DNA of 63,957 bases, filler included, from Octopus bimaculoides (taxonomy: Eukaryota), in the NCBI RefSeq assembly GCF_001194135.2. It is 6 parts of 6 records of this genome, joined end to end, with 100 filler letters (N's around TTAATTAATTAA, not from the genome) between each part and the next. Parts side by side here need not be neighbours in the genome. Positions count along the whole stretch, not along the records: positions 1 to 27,981 come from NC_068989.1; positions 28,082 to 41,349 come from NC_068988.1; 4 more parts are not named here. One strand, written 5' to 3'. Each line of letters starts with the position of its first letter. The stretch's first letter is position 1. Made by a program: the position numbers and the translations under genes. Below, piece after piece: positions 22,875 to 35,241 of this stretch. A model generated the notes under the pieces. It worked only from the letters and a program-made list of their open reading frames with translations. It was not told where the DNA came from and did not search any database.

Positions 22875-23310
22875 AATTATATTTGTGATAGACCAGCGTT
22901 CTACATTGTCTCAGTTTACCTAGTTGTAAGTAACTGGAAGCAGATCATATGGGAATGTTACCTGAATCGACCTATATACAGAAGTCTCAGTGCACTCAGC
23001 TCTCAGAAAAGATACTGTATTACCTGAGAAATTTACCTGACAACAATCTACGTTGTTTCAGTTCACCTAACTCTCAAGACTAGGTACATCATCCAGAAAT
23101 GTTACTTTTGATAGACTGGCATGCTACATTGTCTCACTTTACTTTACTATCAGGGAAAGTTCTCATCATCTGGAAATGTTGTCTGTGATAGGAATCAAAA
23201 TTCTACACTATTTCAGATCACCCAGCTCTTTGAAGCAGGTACTTCATCATTTGGGAATATTTATTTGTGATAGAGCAACGTTCTACATTATCTAAACTCA
23301 GCTCGCAGTC
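22875..23310. repeat. Old minisatellite, ~6 diverged units of ~70-82 bp
   Basis: Recurring AAATGTT..TGATAG..TTCTACATT.TCTCAG..CAGCTC..TCATC motif. Confidence 0.65.
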
Positions 23311-23981
23311 TGGAATTGCTTCCAGACTTTGAGAAGTATTTTGTTATATTTCCTGAGAAGTTTACATGTTTACATAACCCATCCATATTTGATAGGTTTA
23401 TCAATTTCAAAAGCTTTCAAGTTACTAATATTGTTTACATAAGTCGATCTCTTCTGAAATAATTATTTCCAATTATATTTGATCCATACATTTTACGACA
23501 TTTGTAATGTTTCATAAAGTCGTCACACGGAGTGAATATTTTACGGGTCTCGTGATGAATATACGAGAAATGGAACCTTTTCTGGAAAAATATAACAGGC
23601 TGTGGTTCTAATAGTGTGATTCACTCTTGTCAACCCCAGCCAATTATTAACTCTATTTCAATCACACCATATTTTTATCACTTTTTTTTAATCACCCCAT
23701 CTACTTTATCTTCCTCAGAAGATTAACATTTTATAATTTTACCTCGAAGCTCACAAAGTACATATTTGTTCCGAAGATTCGATAGATCAGACATCAATCA
23801 CTGGTATTTGTTCGTCTTTCCAATTTCCGGAATAAATATTATTCTCTGCAGAGTATTGAGTTCTATTTGTCATCGCTGTACCTGTACCTGTATTTTATAC
23901 ATACGCACACGCGCATACGTACACACACATGCACATACACACACACGCACACGCACACACACACACATGTGCATGTATGTA

Positions 23982-24388
23982 GCCGTAGGCGTGGTTGTAT
24001 GGTAAGAATTTTGCTTCGCAACCACACGGTTCGCGGTTCAGTCCCACTGCGTGGCATCTTGGGTACGTGTCTTCTATAATCTCGAGTCAGCCAAAGCCTT
24101 GAGAGTGGATTTGGCAGATGGAAACTGAAAGACGCCCGTCGTATATATGTATGTATATGTCTATGTGCGCGTGTGCCTTTGTGTTTGTGTTTGTCCCCCA
24201 CCACCACTTGACAACCGGAGTTGGTGTGTTTTCGTCCCAGTAACTAGCAGTTCGGCAAAAGAGACCGATAGAATAAGTACCAGGCTTTAATAAAATGTCA
24301 TTACTGGGTTCGATACACTTGACTAAAAGTTCCTGAAAGCTGTGCCCAAGCATGGTCGCAGTCTAATGACAAATAAAAGATAAAAGAT
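23982..24388 (+). mobile_element. SINE family B, full length
   Basis: Head GGTTCAGTCCCACTGCGTGG, GGATTTGGCAGATGGAAACTGAAAGA, tail ..ATAAAAGATAAAAGA. Confidence 0.9.
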
Positions 24389-24435
24389 GTGTGTGCACGC
24401 GCGCGCTTGTGTGAATGAGTGTGTGTGTGTGTGAA

Positions 24436-24612
24436 AGTACGTGGCCTATTGGTGAGGTTGTTTCACTCACGATCGTAAGATCGTGGTTTCGATTATCAGC
24501 CAGCATTGCGTTGTGTTCTTATGTTCATTTCACATTACTCCATTCCACACAGTTGTAAATGGGTAACCCTGCGGCGAACTGGCGTTCTGGTAGGGGATAT
24601 CGTTGGCCTGGT
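24436..24612 (+). mobile_element. tRNA-derived SINE fragment with a conserved-central-domain-like segment
   Basis: tRNA-like head then GTAAATGGGTAACCCTGCGGCGAACTGGCGTTCTGGTAGGGG, resembling V/Meta-type SINE core domains. Confidence 0.55.
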
Positions 24613-26128
24613 GGGAAGCAATGCACCTATGTATGTATGTATGTATGTATGTATGTATGTATGTATGTATGTATGTATGTATGCCTGGATGGATGGATGG
24701 ATGGATCTAATTAATTTTTAATCTCTGTTCCATGTTAGACAGTTCTAGTACCCTATTAGTCTTTTTTTCTGTAAATAAGCTGTTATCTTCTCACTCAACC
24801 AGTGTATGTATTTCGGGAGAAGGAGGCGCCTTGAATAGTATTCCACGACTCCTTTGTTAGTGCAAACTATCTGATTCTGAGAGTAAATGTACCTACCCGC
24901 CACCATACCCATATCAATATATCATTAATAGGCTTCTATTTAATCTTGCTATGCAAATATACTACGTGATCGAGATACAGCGCTCTCAGCAGTTAAGATA
25001 AGACATCGAATCGACTTAGGTTTTAGCTTTCGTTAAAATTCCTTTCGAGATTCGATTCGATTACTTCTAACTGTTGAGAGGGTGTTGTATTAATTGAAAT
25101 ACAATCATTATTTAAAGAAAGATATAGATATTATCAAATTAAATGTAAATTTAATGTATTACGTTGTACCGCAATTACTTAAAACTATTGAAATATAACA
25201 GCAACATACTATTGTATTTCAATAGCCACAAGATCTATTGAAATATGAGTAATGTATAAAAGTCTGTAAAAGGATAAAATTTACACTGAAATATGAATGT
25301 CGTATACGGTTGACAACTCCCACAGCTATTCATTGAAAAATAATAAAATATGGTAGGAGTCAACACTCAATAATTATTGTAATATAACTGTGACGTATAA
25401 TATTGAACAAATATCAAAATTCGTTTTAATAAAAGACATATAATGCACAAAAAGCGTGTTGAAATTGCAAGAGTTACATGCAGTGAAATATAACGTCATC
25501 GTAGTTTCGCCGGTAACGGTAAAATTAGAGATTGTAACTTAATAAATGGAGGTCATAGAAGCAATCGCAACTTGGAGAATTCTAACAGCAACTGGCCCTT
25601 AAATTAAACGTATTACAAGGGGCAGTAATTGATTCTCTTGCAATCAGGTGGACATTTGGTATGAGAAATTGGAAAGCCACTTCATTCTTCATTGTAAGTT
25701 GTTAATACAATACTTTCCAAGAGTCGTACGTAGAGACGAAAGTACATAGAGCTAATAAATCTTTTGATCGGGTTGTGAAGATACTAGTGAGAGTAACAGC
25801 ACGTAACAGTACAGACATGGTGGTGACTGATCTTCGTCGATCGAGACAAGGATTCAGTTGCTCCTGAATTATAGTGTGAGTGTCTGATCATTCCAAAGTC
25901 ACATGTACCCGTAATCCAATTCTCAGGAAGAATCAGCATAATATTTTGTGATATAGTGTGTAATAAGATAGTACTTTTGAATTACAGATACAATCAATTC
26001 GACGGGCTTCTACACCATTTCTACATAAATTTTGCTCACTACATATGTGTCAACTTGAGCATTTAACAGATATTTGCTATACATACAGATATCTGAGTAT
26101 CAAAGACAACTACATAACTAGAATAATG

Positions 26129-26925
26129 TTAGAAAATTACTATTTTAAATCTCAGGACGAGAGATATTCAGCAACAGTACTCTGGAGTAAAGACTGTTTG
26201 CCAACATAACATGGCAGTCCTGGTTTAGGACGAATGTTGCTGTAATTCAGCCCCAGGAGACATCGTCTCTAGCTGGCTATACGACACGATCTACGTCCTT
26301 ATATTTTCGAACAAGGGAATCTAGCACCCTCACTCAGCTCAAAACAATATCTGTGTATCGCGATTTCCGGGCTATTTCCCATCATCAGCACAAAATAATT
26401 GTTCGGCTACAGGTGGCGCTGCCAAATTCCCGTTTCGGAATATCTCTCGTTGTGAGCTTTGCAAATAGTAATTTTCTAAATTATAGATCAGTGACTAGTT
26501 GTCACTTTGAAAACTATATATTTCGAACGGGAATTTGGCAGCGCCGCTTCTATCCGAACAATATTCTGTGCTGATGAAGGAAAATAATCCAGAAATTTAG
26601 ATACACAGATATTGATTTGATCTGACTGGGGGTGCTAGATTCCCTTGTTCGAAAATATAAGGACACAGATTATGTCGTATAGCCAACTGGAGACGATGTC
26701 TCCTGGGGCTAAATTACAGGAACATTCGTCCCAAACCAGGACTGCCATGTTATGTTGGCAAACAATCTTTATTCCAAAGTACTGTTGCTGAATATCTCTC
26801 GTTGTGAGGTTTACAAATAGTAATTTTCTAATTTATAGGTCAGTGACTAGTTGTCATTTTGAAAACTATATATTACGAACGGGAATTTGGCAGTTCCACC
26901 TCTACTCGAACAATTTTTTGCGTCG
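26129..26925. repeat. Complex fold-back repeat: ~230-bp inverted arms plus internal palindrome and direct repeat
   Basis: 26129-26359 inverted vs 26600-26831; 26415-26434 inverted vs 26526-26545; 26438-26555 direct vs 26790-26910. Confidence 0.85.
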
Positions 26926-27039
26926 TGAGTGACATTTTGCTACCAAACGTTATGTGAGTTCGTTCCTGTGTGCTTTTGTACGTCATTTTTTGCGTTATAT
27001 TTTGAATACTTGTTATTTGAACTATTGTATGTCGAGAAA

Positions 27040-27981
27040 CTGTAATTTTCGCCCTACGGGGCAGAAAATTCTATCGGATTATTATTTTGAAAAAAAAAAA
27101 CCTTATTATTGAACTATTTGTTATACCCGTTGCTCGGTTGATGTTTGGGGAATTTGCCATTTGTGATAAAGTTTTAAAAAGAATTTTGTGATGGAATTTA
27201 ATATTGCATCCCGAAATGATTTTCCTGCGATGGGAAAAGGATTAACAATTAATAATGAGGAAACACAGGAAAAACCAAGTTTCTCGGCCGCAGTGGGCGG
27301 AAACGTGACTGAGTTAGAAGTGAAAATGGAACAACTATTCAAGTTCCGAAATTTAATTTTAAAAAATGGCGGTGACACTAAACTGTTGCCGCCTCCTGAA
27401 ACAGTACAAGCAATTAATACTAGAACTGTGGTATATAAGATTTACAACCTGAAGGAAAAGCGAATAATGGAAGCCAAGAATGAAGTGGTGGAGAGGTGGA
27501 TGGCACCAATATGGAATCAGGTATGCTACGTTAGCCATGGAACGCGAGCGCGACTGTCGAAGCGCAATTCCAAACAGCTAACGTAGCCAAGGAGCTGTCA
27601 ACAAAGACACTAAAGAATGAGATAATGCTGCGACTTACATACTTGGGACGCATAGCTGCAAAAATTACGGTCGAAGAAATCCTAGCATAATATGAAGTTA
27701 TGTGGGTAGCAGCGGCAGTGATTTACGACGTAAAATCCGTACCCGGATTAAGGTGTTAATACAGAGGGCACTATGTGGCTCCATCATTAATAATAGATGG
27801 TGGCACGCCCTCAAAAAAAGCCATTCGTTTAGAGTCTATTAGATTTAGAAATCAGCTAAGTTTAGATAGATATAGAATAGGAAGGGAACTAGTTAAGAAT
27901 TTAGACGAGGCTATTGAATCTGTCTCTGCAATTAGAGTGCTGGCGGCGAGAACAGTCTTGTACCGTCACCTCAAAGTCAAA
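27040..27981 (+). mobile_element. Tx1-like LINE 5' portion (ORF1 remnant from 27188) joined to an ORF2 pre-RT segment
   Basis: ORF 27188-27586 (RTVVYKIYNLKEKR..) continues by frameshift (TYLGR..KITVEEI..VMWVAAAV), then IRLESIRFRNQLSLDRYRIGRELVKNLDEAI..VLAAR; family assignment from recall. Confidence 0.6.
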
Positions 27982-28025
27982 NNNNNNNNNNNNNNNNNNN
28001 NNNNNNNNNNNNNNNNNNNNNNNNN

Positions 28026-28037
28026 TTAATTAATTAA
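28026..28037. other. Artificial scaffold spacer TTAATTAATTAA (also 41394, 58021, 61029, 62841)
   Basis: Each is flanked by exactly 44 N on both sides (100 bp total) and encodes stops in all six frames. Confidence 0.95.
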
Positions 28038-28081
28038 NNNNNNNNNNNNNNNNNNNNNNNNNNNNNNNNNNNNNNNNNNNN

Positions 28082-28112
<31 letters not shown>

Positions 28113-28159
28113 TACATATGAGACAATGAGGGAAAGGAGAGAAAAATGCATATACATAT

Positions 28160-28475
28160 CCTTTATTTGGCACTCATTGTATCGGTCCCTTTTGCCAAAA
28201 CACTAGGTTACGTGGACGTAAACACACCAACATTGTTTGTCAAGCGGTGATGGGAAACAATGAGGTACATACATAGATACACACACACAATTGATCACAA
28301 GCACATATATATATGACCGGCTTCTTTCAGTTCCTATCTAGCAAATCCACTCACAAGGCTTTCACCGACTCAAGGCTATAGTAGAAGACACCTACTCAAT
28401 GTGATGCGCAGGGAGACTGATCCCGGACCATGAGGTTGGGAAGCAAGCTTTTTACCACACAGCCACGCTTGCATA
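28160..28475 (-). mobile_element. SINE family B
   Basis: Reverse-complement head (TTACCACACAGCCACGC) and core (AAATCCACTCACAAGGC). Confidence 0.85.
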
Positions 28476-28528
28476 TACATATTTACAAACATACATATGC
28501 GTGTGTGTGTGTGTGTGTGTGTGTGTGC

Positions 28529-28587
<59 letters not shown>

Positions 28588-28599
28588 GCTATTTCGATA

Positions 28600-29070
28600 G
28601 GCGCAATCATTTTAGCGCGAGCGTTGTATCAATCCGCGATGCGGAAAGTGTGTTGTGCTCTGTAGACAATATCGATTTGATGGAGAGAGTGAGCTAATGA
28701 GTAGCACAAGCATTTGATCTCAATAAACAAATCAGCTTTACAGATTGTGCAGCAGAAAATTGAGCAGGGGAACGATCCATGCTGGGATGTGGGGTTATGG
28801 AAGAAACTGTGGACCAGTATATCACGCAGGTTGTGGCCTCGTTTCAAGGAGGGACGGAGTAAGTTGGGGAAGATGTGCGAGATGGAGGGTTCGGATTGGG
28901 GTCGCCGGAAGGCTCAGAGAATGCTGCGTTGGAGGAGCAGGGTGGAGCGATGGTAGGGGACGGGATACGGGAGACGGGAAACTGTGGAGCCGAGGAGAGA
29001 GTGCAGAGGCACGGTCCACGGAACGTGCTCTGGCAGGGGTTGTGTGGAAAACCAATTACAGCAGCGACTC
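28600..29070 (-). mobile_element. Penelope-like element fragment (RT C-terminal linker to start of GIY-YIG)
   Basis: ARARSVDRASALSP..LQRSIL.AFRR.QSEPSISHIFP..KRGHNLRDILVHS..PTSQHGSFPCS..CTIC..RIAD; typical PLE KRxxNLRDxLVHS motif and Cys cluster. Confidence 0.8.
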
Positions 29071-29127
29071 CATCAATTCCTAGGGATGTCTGAAGAAGGA
29101 ATTTTTATTCCAAAATATTATCAGACT

Positions 29128-29192
29128 ATGGAAGGCGGTGCTCCAGCATGGCCGCAGTCAAATGACTGAAACAAGTAAAAGAGTAAAAGAGA
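29128..29192 (+). mobile_element. Isolated SINE/LINE 3' tail
   Basis: GGAAGGCGGTGCTCCAGCATGGCCGCAGTCAAATGACTGAAACAAGTAAAAGAGTAAAAGAG. Confidence 0.85.
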
Positions 29193-30616
29193 TTGTAATG
29201 GTACTTTGATGAATAAAATTTCCGCATTGTTGAAATATATTGTGAAGAATTTCATGTTTCAAAACGTTGCTTACTTTTCAATCAGCCTCATATGCGTGTG
29301 TTTGTGTATGTATATATATAAATATATATNNNNNNNNNNNNNNNNNNNNNNNNACAGACGTTGTAGATAGAAAGAGAAAGAGAGGAGTGGGTGAGAGACA
29401 GATATACAGGTAGATTGATTGAGAGGTTGATAGAAGTGCGTCTGTTTGTTTGTATATATGTGTGAATTAGTATGCGCGGGTGTGCAGCAGATTCAAATGA
29501 AATGAGGAAAATGCAAATGACATGAAATAAAGGAAAGACAAATAAAAATCTTAACCTGCAGCCGGCATAAACATAACAAGTATTTTATACCGCATTTTGT
29601 GTTCTTATTTCTTTTCACGACGCATTAAGTATTTTGTTTTCTGAATCTCAATTCATGAAGTATGCTATCACATTTGTTTTTTTTTTTTTATGCAGATACC
29701 GATATTAAATCATTTAAACTGTAAATAATTCTTTTCACACACCAAAAATATACAATTTTCTATGTTAGTATAGTAATCTTTTATTGTTACTTCGACAAGT
29801 CTATCGACGGCAAAGTTTCGCTGAGAATGTTACAATGACAGGATAAACATTATCAATATTGCAGAATAAATATTATTAATCCTTGAGTAATATTGTTTGT
29901 TTTACACTTACTACATATTTGTTTCTTATTAATTTCTTAATCCTCTCTAATATAACTAGATTAACATCTACATATTTACTATTCTGCATCTTCGAATTAT
30001 TTAATTATTAGGAACTGAGTTTTTCTTATCTATTCTATAAATGTTTACTGGAATGTTTGCCATATCTGCGCACACTATATATGCTCACATCCAAATATTT
30101 CATATTTAAAGTTATTTCTTACTCTTTTATAGTTAGAATTTTTTTAAATGTAACATTTTGGATATTTATTGTGTAATTTCTCTTCAAATTGCATAAAATG
30201 TTTCACAAAATATTTCATCTGAAACAAGTTTTTTTTTTACTCCTTTATGCAGTCAATACTTGTGGTGTATCATATACTTTCTTTCAACTATAGAGATTAA
30301 TAATTCTGAAATTCTCTGATTCACTATTAGATTAATTTCTTTCTGCTTATTGTACCAGATTCAAAAGCCATTTATTAGATGTATCTGCATCATAAGGAAT
30401 ACGTGTGTTGCTGATACCGCCACTACTTCGCCGTTTAGTTGCATGAAAGTTATCTTGTAGCGAAATGTTGAAGTGTGGCTCCTATATCTTGACATTTACG
30501 GCATTATGATGCTTTTGTTTCGGCTTGTTTCTTGAAGAGTTGTGGCCCTTTCAATTCTTTAAGTATTTCTTTGTCTAGACATATTAAGCTATATAGAATG
30601 CGTTGTTATTTAGTAC

Positions 30617-30755
30617 CAAATGTAAAGATCTGTATCTATAAATGACAACGTTTGAGGCCACTGCTTTGAAGTCATTCCCAATATACATATTAATTCTTTA
30701 TTTGTATCAAGGAGCAGAGACGTAAATTTTTTCAAATCTCCTTGCAGTTTACCAA
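30617..30755 (-). CDS. Candidate internal coding exon of an unidentified gene
   Basis: Strong acceptor TTTTCTTTTACACAG, 139 nt open (GKLQGDLKKFTSLLLDTNKELICILGMTSKQWPQTLSFIDTDLYI), GT donor (GTACTA, weak); no homology recognised. Confidence 0.2.
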
Positions 30756-31001
30756 CTGTGTAAAAGAAAAATATTCCATTTATAGGGCCGCTCATTTGCT
30801 TGCACTTCGCTACATTGCTTGCCACTACGAAGATACAATAAGTGGCAGAAATAATCTAGATAATTGCTAAGATTCATTCCCAGGAACAATGCCTGTTATT
30901 GTACGTTTGTTTTATTTGTTGCAAATAACCATCATAACAAATACCCTATCATTTTCACCATATTAATATGTTCGTGAATCCTGGCATCAATACCTATTAT
31001 A

Positions 31002-31179
31002 CTATATTTTAACATGTATAAGGAACCCTCGTGTATAAGGAACCCTCCAATTCTGCGGGTTCAAAATTTGGAGAAAAGGACTTGTAAAGGATTATAATAC
31101 TATCCATGTATAAGAAATTCCCATATTTTTCAACCTAATTTTTGACAAGAAAGTGTTCCTTATACAAGTTAAAATACGA
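31002..31179. mobile_element. Small Tc1/pogo-type MITE
   Basis: TA-CTATATTTTAACATGTATAAGGAAC inverted vs GTTCCTTATACAAGTTAAAATACGA-TA. Confidence 0.7.
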
Positions 31180-32051
31180 TAATTGATTCCCAGTTGCTAC
31201 GTATATTCTTACACAAGAGATACCATACCTCATTATCCAGCGTATTCACGCTGCAATATGTTTAAGGGCTCCTTAGCCATGTCTGAATCTCTCAAACACT
31301 GAATTTAGTGTTGTCAGCATAACTGCGAAGTTGGTTGAAGTATTTCTAGACTTTGGCATCCTCTGGACACTTGAGTAATATATTTTAGAATCAGATTCGA
31401 TAGAGAAAATGACTGATTTAAGAATTATAATCAATAACGATGAAATAATTACTAATAATCAATTATAAATTGTCAAATAATATTTAGATTAATCAGTAAT
31501 TAAAAATGAAATATAGTTAATAGCAATAATACGAATCAAAATAATTTTTTAAAATCTTTATTGAAAATTCTTGTTCGGCATGGAATGAAATTTTATACGA
31601 ATGTTTTTTTTAGTTTTGACCACTTTATAGTTTCTCAACTGAAATAGTTGGAATAGAATTTCAAATGCCAGGAGATAATTTGACCGGAAAATTCCTAATT
31701 ACCAATCAAATATTTTGGTTTTAAACTTACAAATATAATTGTAGTCATTTAGCCTCATGACATTCGATCTAATTGAACAAGGCCAGACGTGTTCCACTGA
31801 TGATCATGACATCTTAGCTAAAGACATAATAATATGTATAGTATCCCATGTAATATGTATAGCATCCTATACGTTCTTTCTCTTTTTAAGACTTTAGGTT
31901 GTGACATGGTTTGTGTTGGACGAATGACGGTCAAGTTGAAACATAAGCCTTTTACATTTACATCAAATATTTCACTGATTCTTGAAATCAACCAATGGGA
32001 CTGAGAATCTAGAATTCTTGTTAATATGACGCCGACATACAAATGCAAATA

Positions 32052-32457
32052 TCTTGAAACTTGTTTCAATCATTGGAATGCAGCCATGCTTGAACACTGC
32101 CTTCAATGATCATAATTGAAACAATCGACTCAAGTACTTATGCTTTAGTAAATCTGGTACTTATACTATCAGTCTGTTTGGCCGAACTGCTGAGTTACAG
32201 TGACGTAAACAAACCAAGACTGGTTGCTAAGCAATGACATTTTCGAGCACATACTGAGGCGCAAAAACACACATAAAGATATGTATATTACGACATAGTT
32301 ACAAACTGTTCCCGCCTTACCAAAATCACTCATATGTCAGTCAATTTTTGTCTATAGTAGAATACTCTCGCCTAAGATGCCGCACTGTGGGTCAGAACCC
32401 GAAACCACGAGGCTGTAAAACGAGATTCCTAATCACACAACCAATCTTGTGCCTAAG
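32052..32457 (-). mobile_element. SINE family B, old diverged copy
   Basis: Reverse-complement tail (CTTGTTTCAATCATT..GCCATGCTTGAACACTGCC) and head (CTAATCACACAACC). Confidence 0.75.
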
Positions 32458-33676
32458 AATAAAAATAAATAAATAAATAGGACTAACAAAATTTGGAGAC
32501 TGAAAACACCGTTAGCACAACACATTTCTCATACGAAATGTTTCCAAAGTGACGAGAAAATATTCATTTTGTGCCTGTTGTAATAATTTTAATAAACACC
32601 GTTTTTGGTTTACAATCAAACGTAAATGTTTCACAATCCTTGACCAGATCCCGATCAATGTAATCCATTCATGATGTTGAATATATGGATAGCGAGAAGA
32701 GCGAAAATGAAAACTGACATAATTTCACTACGTATTCTTGTATATATGATACTCATCATTATTTGTAGTAATAGCTAGGCTTTGATCTTTCCTTGAGCAT
32801 CAAGCACACTTCACTTTAAAGTGACTTCGGGCTCTATGCCAGATACAAATGTGATAGTATTCCTTATTATGCAATAAAAATTCCCTAATCACTTTTATTT
32901 AAATGAATTAAGTAAAAAATTTTAAAAATGAAAACAGAAAAAATTCAAATAGGATGACATGTATATTTTTAAATCATATGTATGTATGTATTGAAAAAAT
33001 TATCAGATTTATGTATTTGAATATTATAAGAGTGAAGTTAGGTTTAACACTGGAAAGCCTCAGCGTACAGAACGTTGGTGAAATTTATCGACATACAAGC
33101 TGTAACAGAACTATAATTCTTGATAAAATAGCATGCATTTATAGATTCGAAGTGATTGCGTTGAGAAAAACAGACATCTTTCACACTCTAATTGATATAA
33201 AAGTTTATTGATTGTGATTGTGAAAGTCACTAGCAGTGAAAGCTGTTGTGGCGTACAGGTGAATTGTTGAGTAGCACCACCAGTAACAATTTGGTACATG
33301 ACATGTTTTCCATTTTGTCCATCTCAAATACCGATGCCGCCTTTAATCATGCGCTCATGTAAACGGGTTATACGAAATCTTGTTCCATTTCAAAGCGAAT
33401 TAGCTTCATTTAAATATCTCATTAACAATACAACACAACAAGGTCGGAGTATGGTGGAGGGGTATTCCACTAATGTTATGGCTGTTTAAGAACTCCATTG
33501 AATAATTGTACAAATTGTCATCAGTACAGGAATCAATAAATGTGTTCGTGACTTTCTCTCTGTCAAATATGCTATTTGCTCATTTATAGAACCGACAACA
33601 TAAATGCTTGAGAATAATACGGTTCACTCGGTCTGTAAAGGATCCAATGAGCCGCCCAAAATTTCAGGTTCATTTA

Positions 33677-33881
33677 AGGAAGCGGGCTGGCAGATTCGTT
33701 AGCACGACGCACAAAATGACGAGTAACATTACATCGGGTTTTATGCTTTGAGTTGAAATGCTCTCGAGGTCGACTTTATGTTTAACCATTTCGGGGACGT
33801 TAAAATAAATACTTATTGAGTGCTGGGATCGAAGTAATCGACTAAACGTTCCCCGAAAATTGCTGGTTTTTGTGCCAAACC
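33677..33881 (+). mobile_element. SINE family A, diverged
   Basis: GGGCTGGCAGATTCGTTAGCACG..GAGGTCGACTTT..AATTGCTGG..TTGTGCC. Confidence 0.8.
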
Positions 33882-34675
33882 TTCATTTTAGATTAATTTG
33901 ATTCGACCTCAATGCTGTTGGATGATAATCGAATTGTAGAATTCCTTGAGCAACGGTAAGTAAAACAACACACTAAACTTGGTACTCTTAAAGTGTCATC
34001 TTCGCATATAGTTTCACTTTTGTAAGTCTCTTTCAAACTGAAGAATGGATGCAGCTAATTCACTGTTACAGGGAGTATTTTTGGCTTTTTCAATGCTGGT
34101 ACTTACCAGCATTTAGTCGAAAATAAACTAGTAACGGCATTATCTAGAAGATTCAATATTCATAAGATTTTACATATACACATCATGATACACAATAAAA
34201 ATAATAAAAACAAGTTCGCACATACGCACACATACGCACATATATGCGTGCACGCACGCTCACACGGAAAGCCGTAAGCGTACACACATGCGCACGCGAA
34301 AGAGGAACACAAATTTATTAGAAAATACATTTTTCTTACAAAAAATAAAGGAGATTTTATGAGCTTCTATCTTATTTTTTGTTTCCATTTTGTTCTAAAA
34401 TACTTCCCATCCCATTTTAATCAAAACTTTGTGTACTGGTTATTACAAATTTCAAGTAATTTAATCCATCTTCACAAATTATAATTATATGACGGTAAAT
34501 TGCATCAATTATTTCTAAATATATTTAAAACATAAGCTTACGCTTATCTTATCTTACGGAACGTGGCTCTACAGTAATAGCTCTACAGTAATTTGCAACT
34601 GCATATTAAGTAACCGACAGATTCTTATTGCTTATAATAATCTATTGAATTAAAATTGTAATAGAATGAAAACGA

Positions 34676-34890
34676 GGTGGCGGCGAGAGAGTAGGATTGT
34701 TGTTAGCAAGCTTAGTATAATTTCGTCCATCGTTACGTTCTGAGTTCAAATTTCGCTGACGTGAACTTTACCTTTCATTCTTTCAGGGTGGATAAAAGAA
34801 ATGCCAGTTGAGTACTGAGATCGATGTAATCGATTTAACCCCTTCACCTGAAATTGCTGGCCATGTGGGAAAATTTGAAGCGAATTTAAG
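34676..34890 (+). mobile_element. SINE family A with 8-bp candidate TSD GAAAACGA
   Basis: ACGTTCTGAGTTCAAATTT..AATTGCTGGCC; GAAAACGA at 34668-34675 and 34891-34898. Confidence 0.8.
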
Positions 34891-34979
34891 GAAAACGAAA
34901 CTAAAACGTGGGCTGAAGTAGCTTCTTTTTCTCTTTCTCTCTCCTTCTCACTTTCTATCTATCTATCTATCTATCTAGG

Positions 34980-35140
34980 CACTATACACATTTTTCTCTC
35001 TCCTTGTTTCTTTCTGTGCTCCTTTCTGTGGAAGAGCGTAGGCTCGAAATGTTAAAGACTTTTTCAATTCCCGAACGTTATACTAATACATCTGATTTTT
35101 TTCTACACCGCCTGTCTTCGGCTCTTGTTTTTTTGTGAAT
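34980..35140 (+). mobile_element. PLE-type terminal repeat with hammerhead-like core (35022-35058)
   Basis: CTTT-CTGTGGA-A-GAGC-GTAG-GCTC-GAAAT-GTT-AAAG; same family as 59780-59975 (-) and 6632-6730. Confidence 0.6.
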
Positions 35141-35148
35141 TCTCACCT

Positions 35149-35241
<93 letters not shown>

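Noticed and set aside
28026-28037. Identical TTAATTAATTAA motif five times (28026, 41394, 58021, 61029, 62841)
   Set aside because: Always N44-TTAATTAATTAA-N44 (100 bp): an artificial gap spacer with six-frame stops, not biology.
30350-30480. Minus-strand peptide ATKRRSSGGISNTRIPYDADTSN as a Pif1/Helitron helicase remnant
   Set aside because: Resemblance is superficial and neighbouring motifs are absent.
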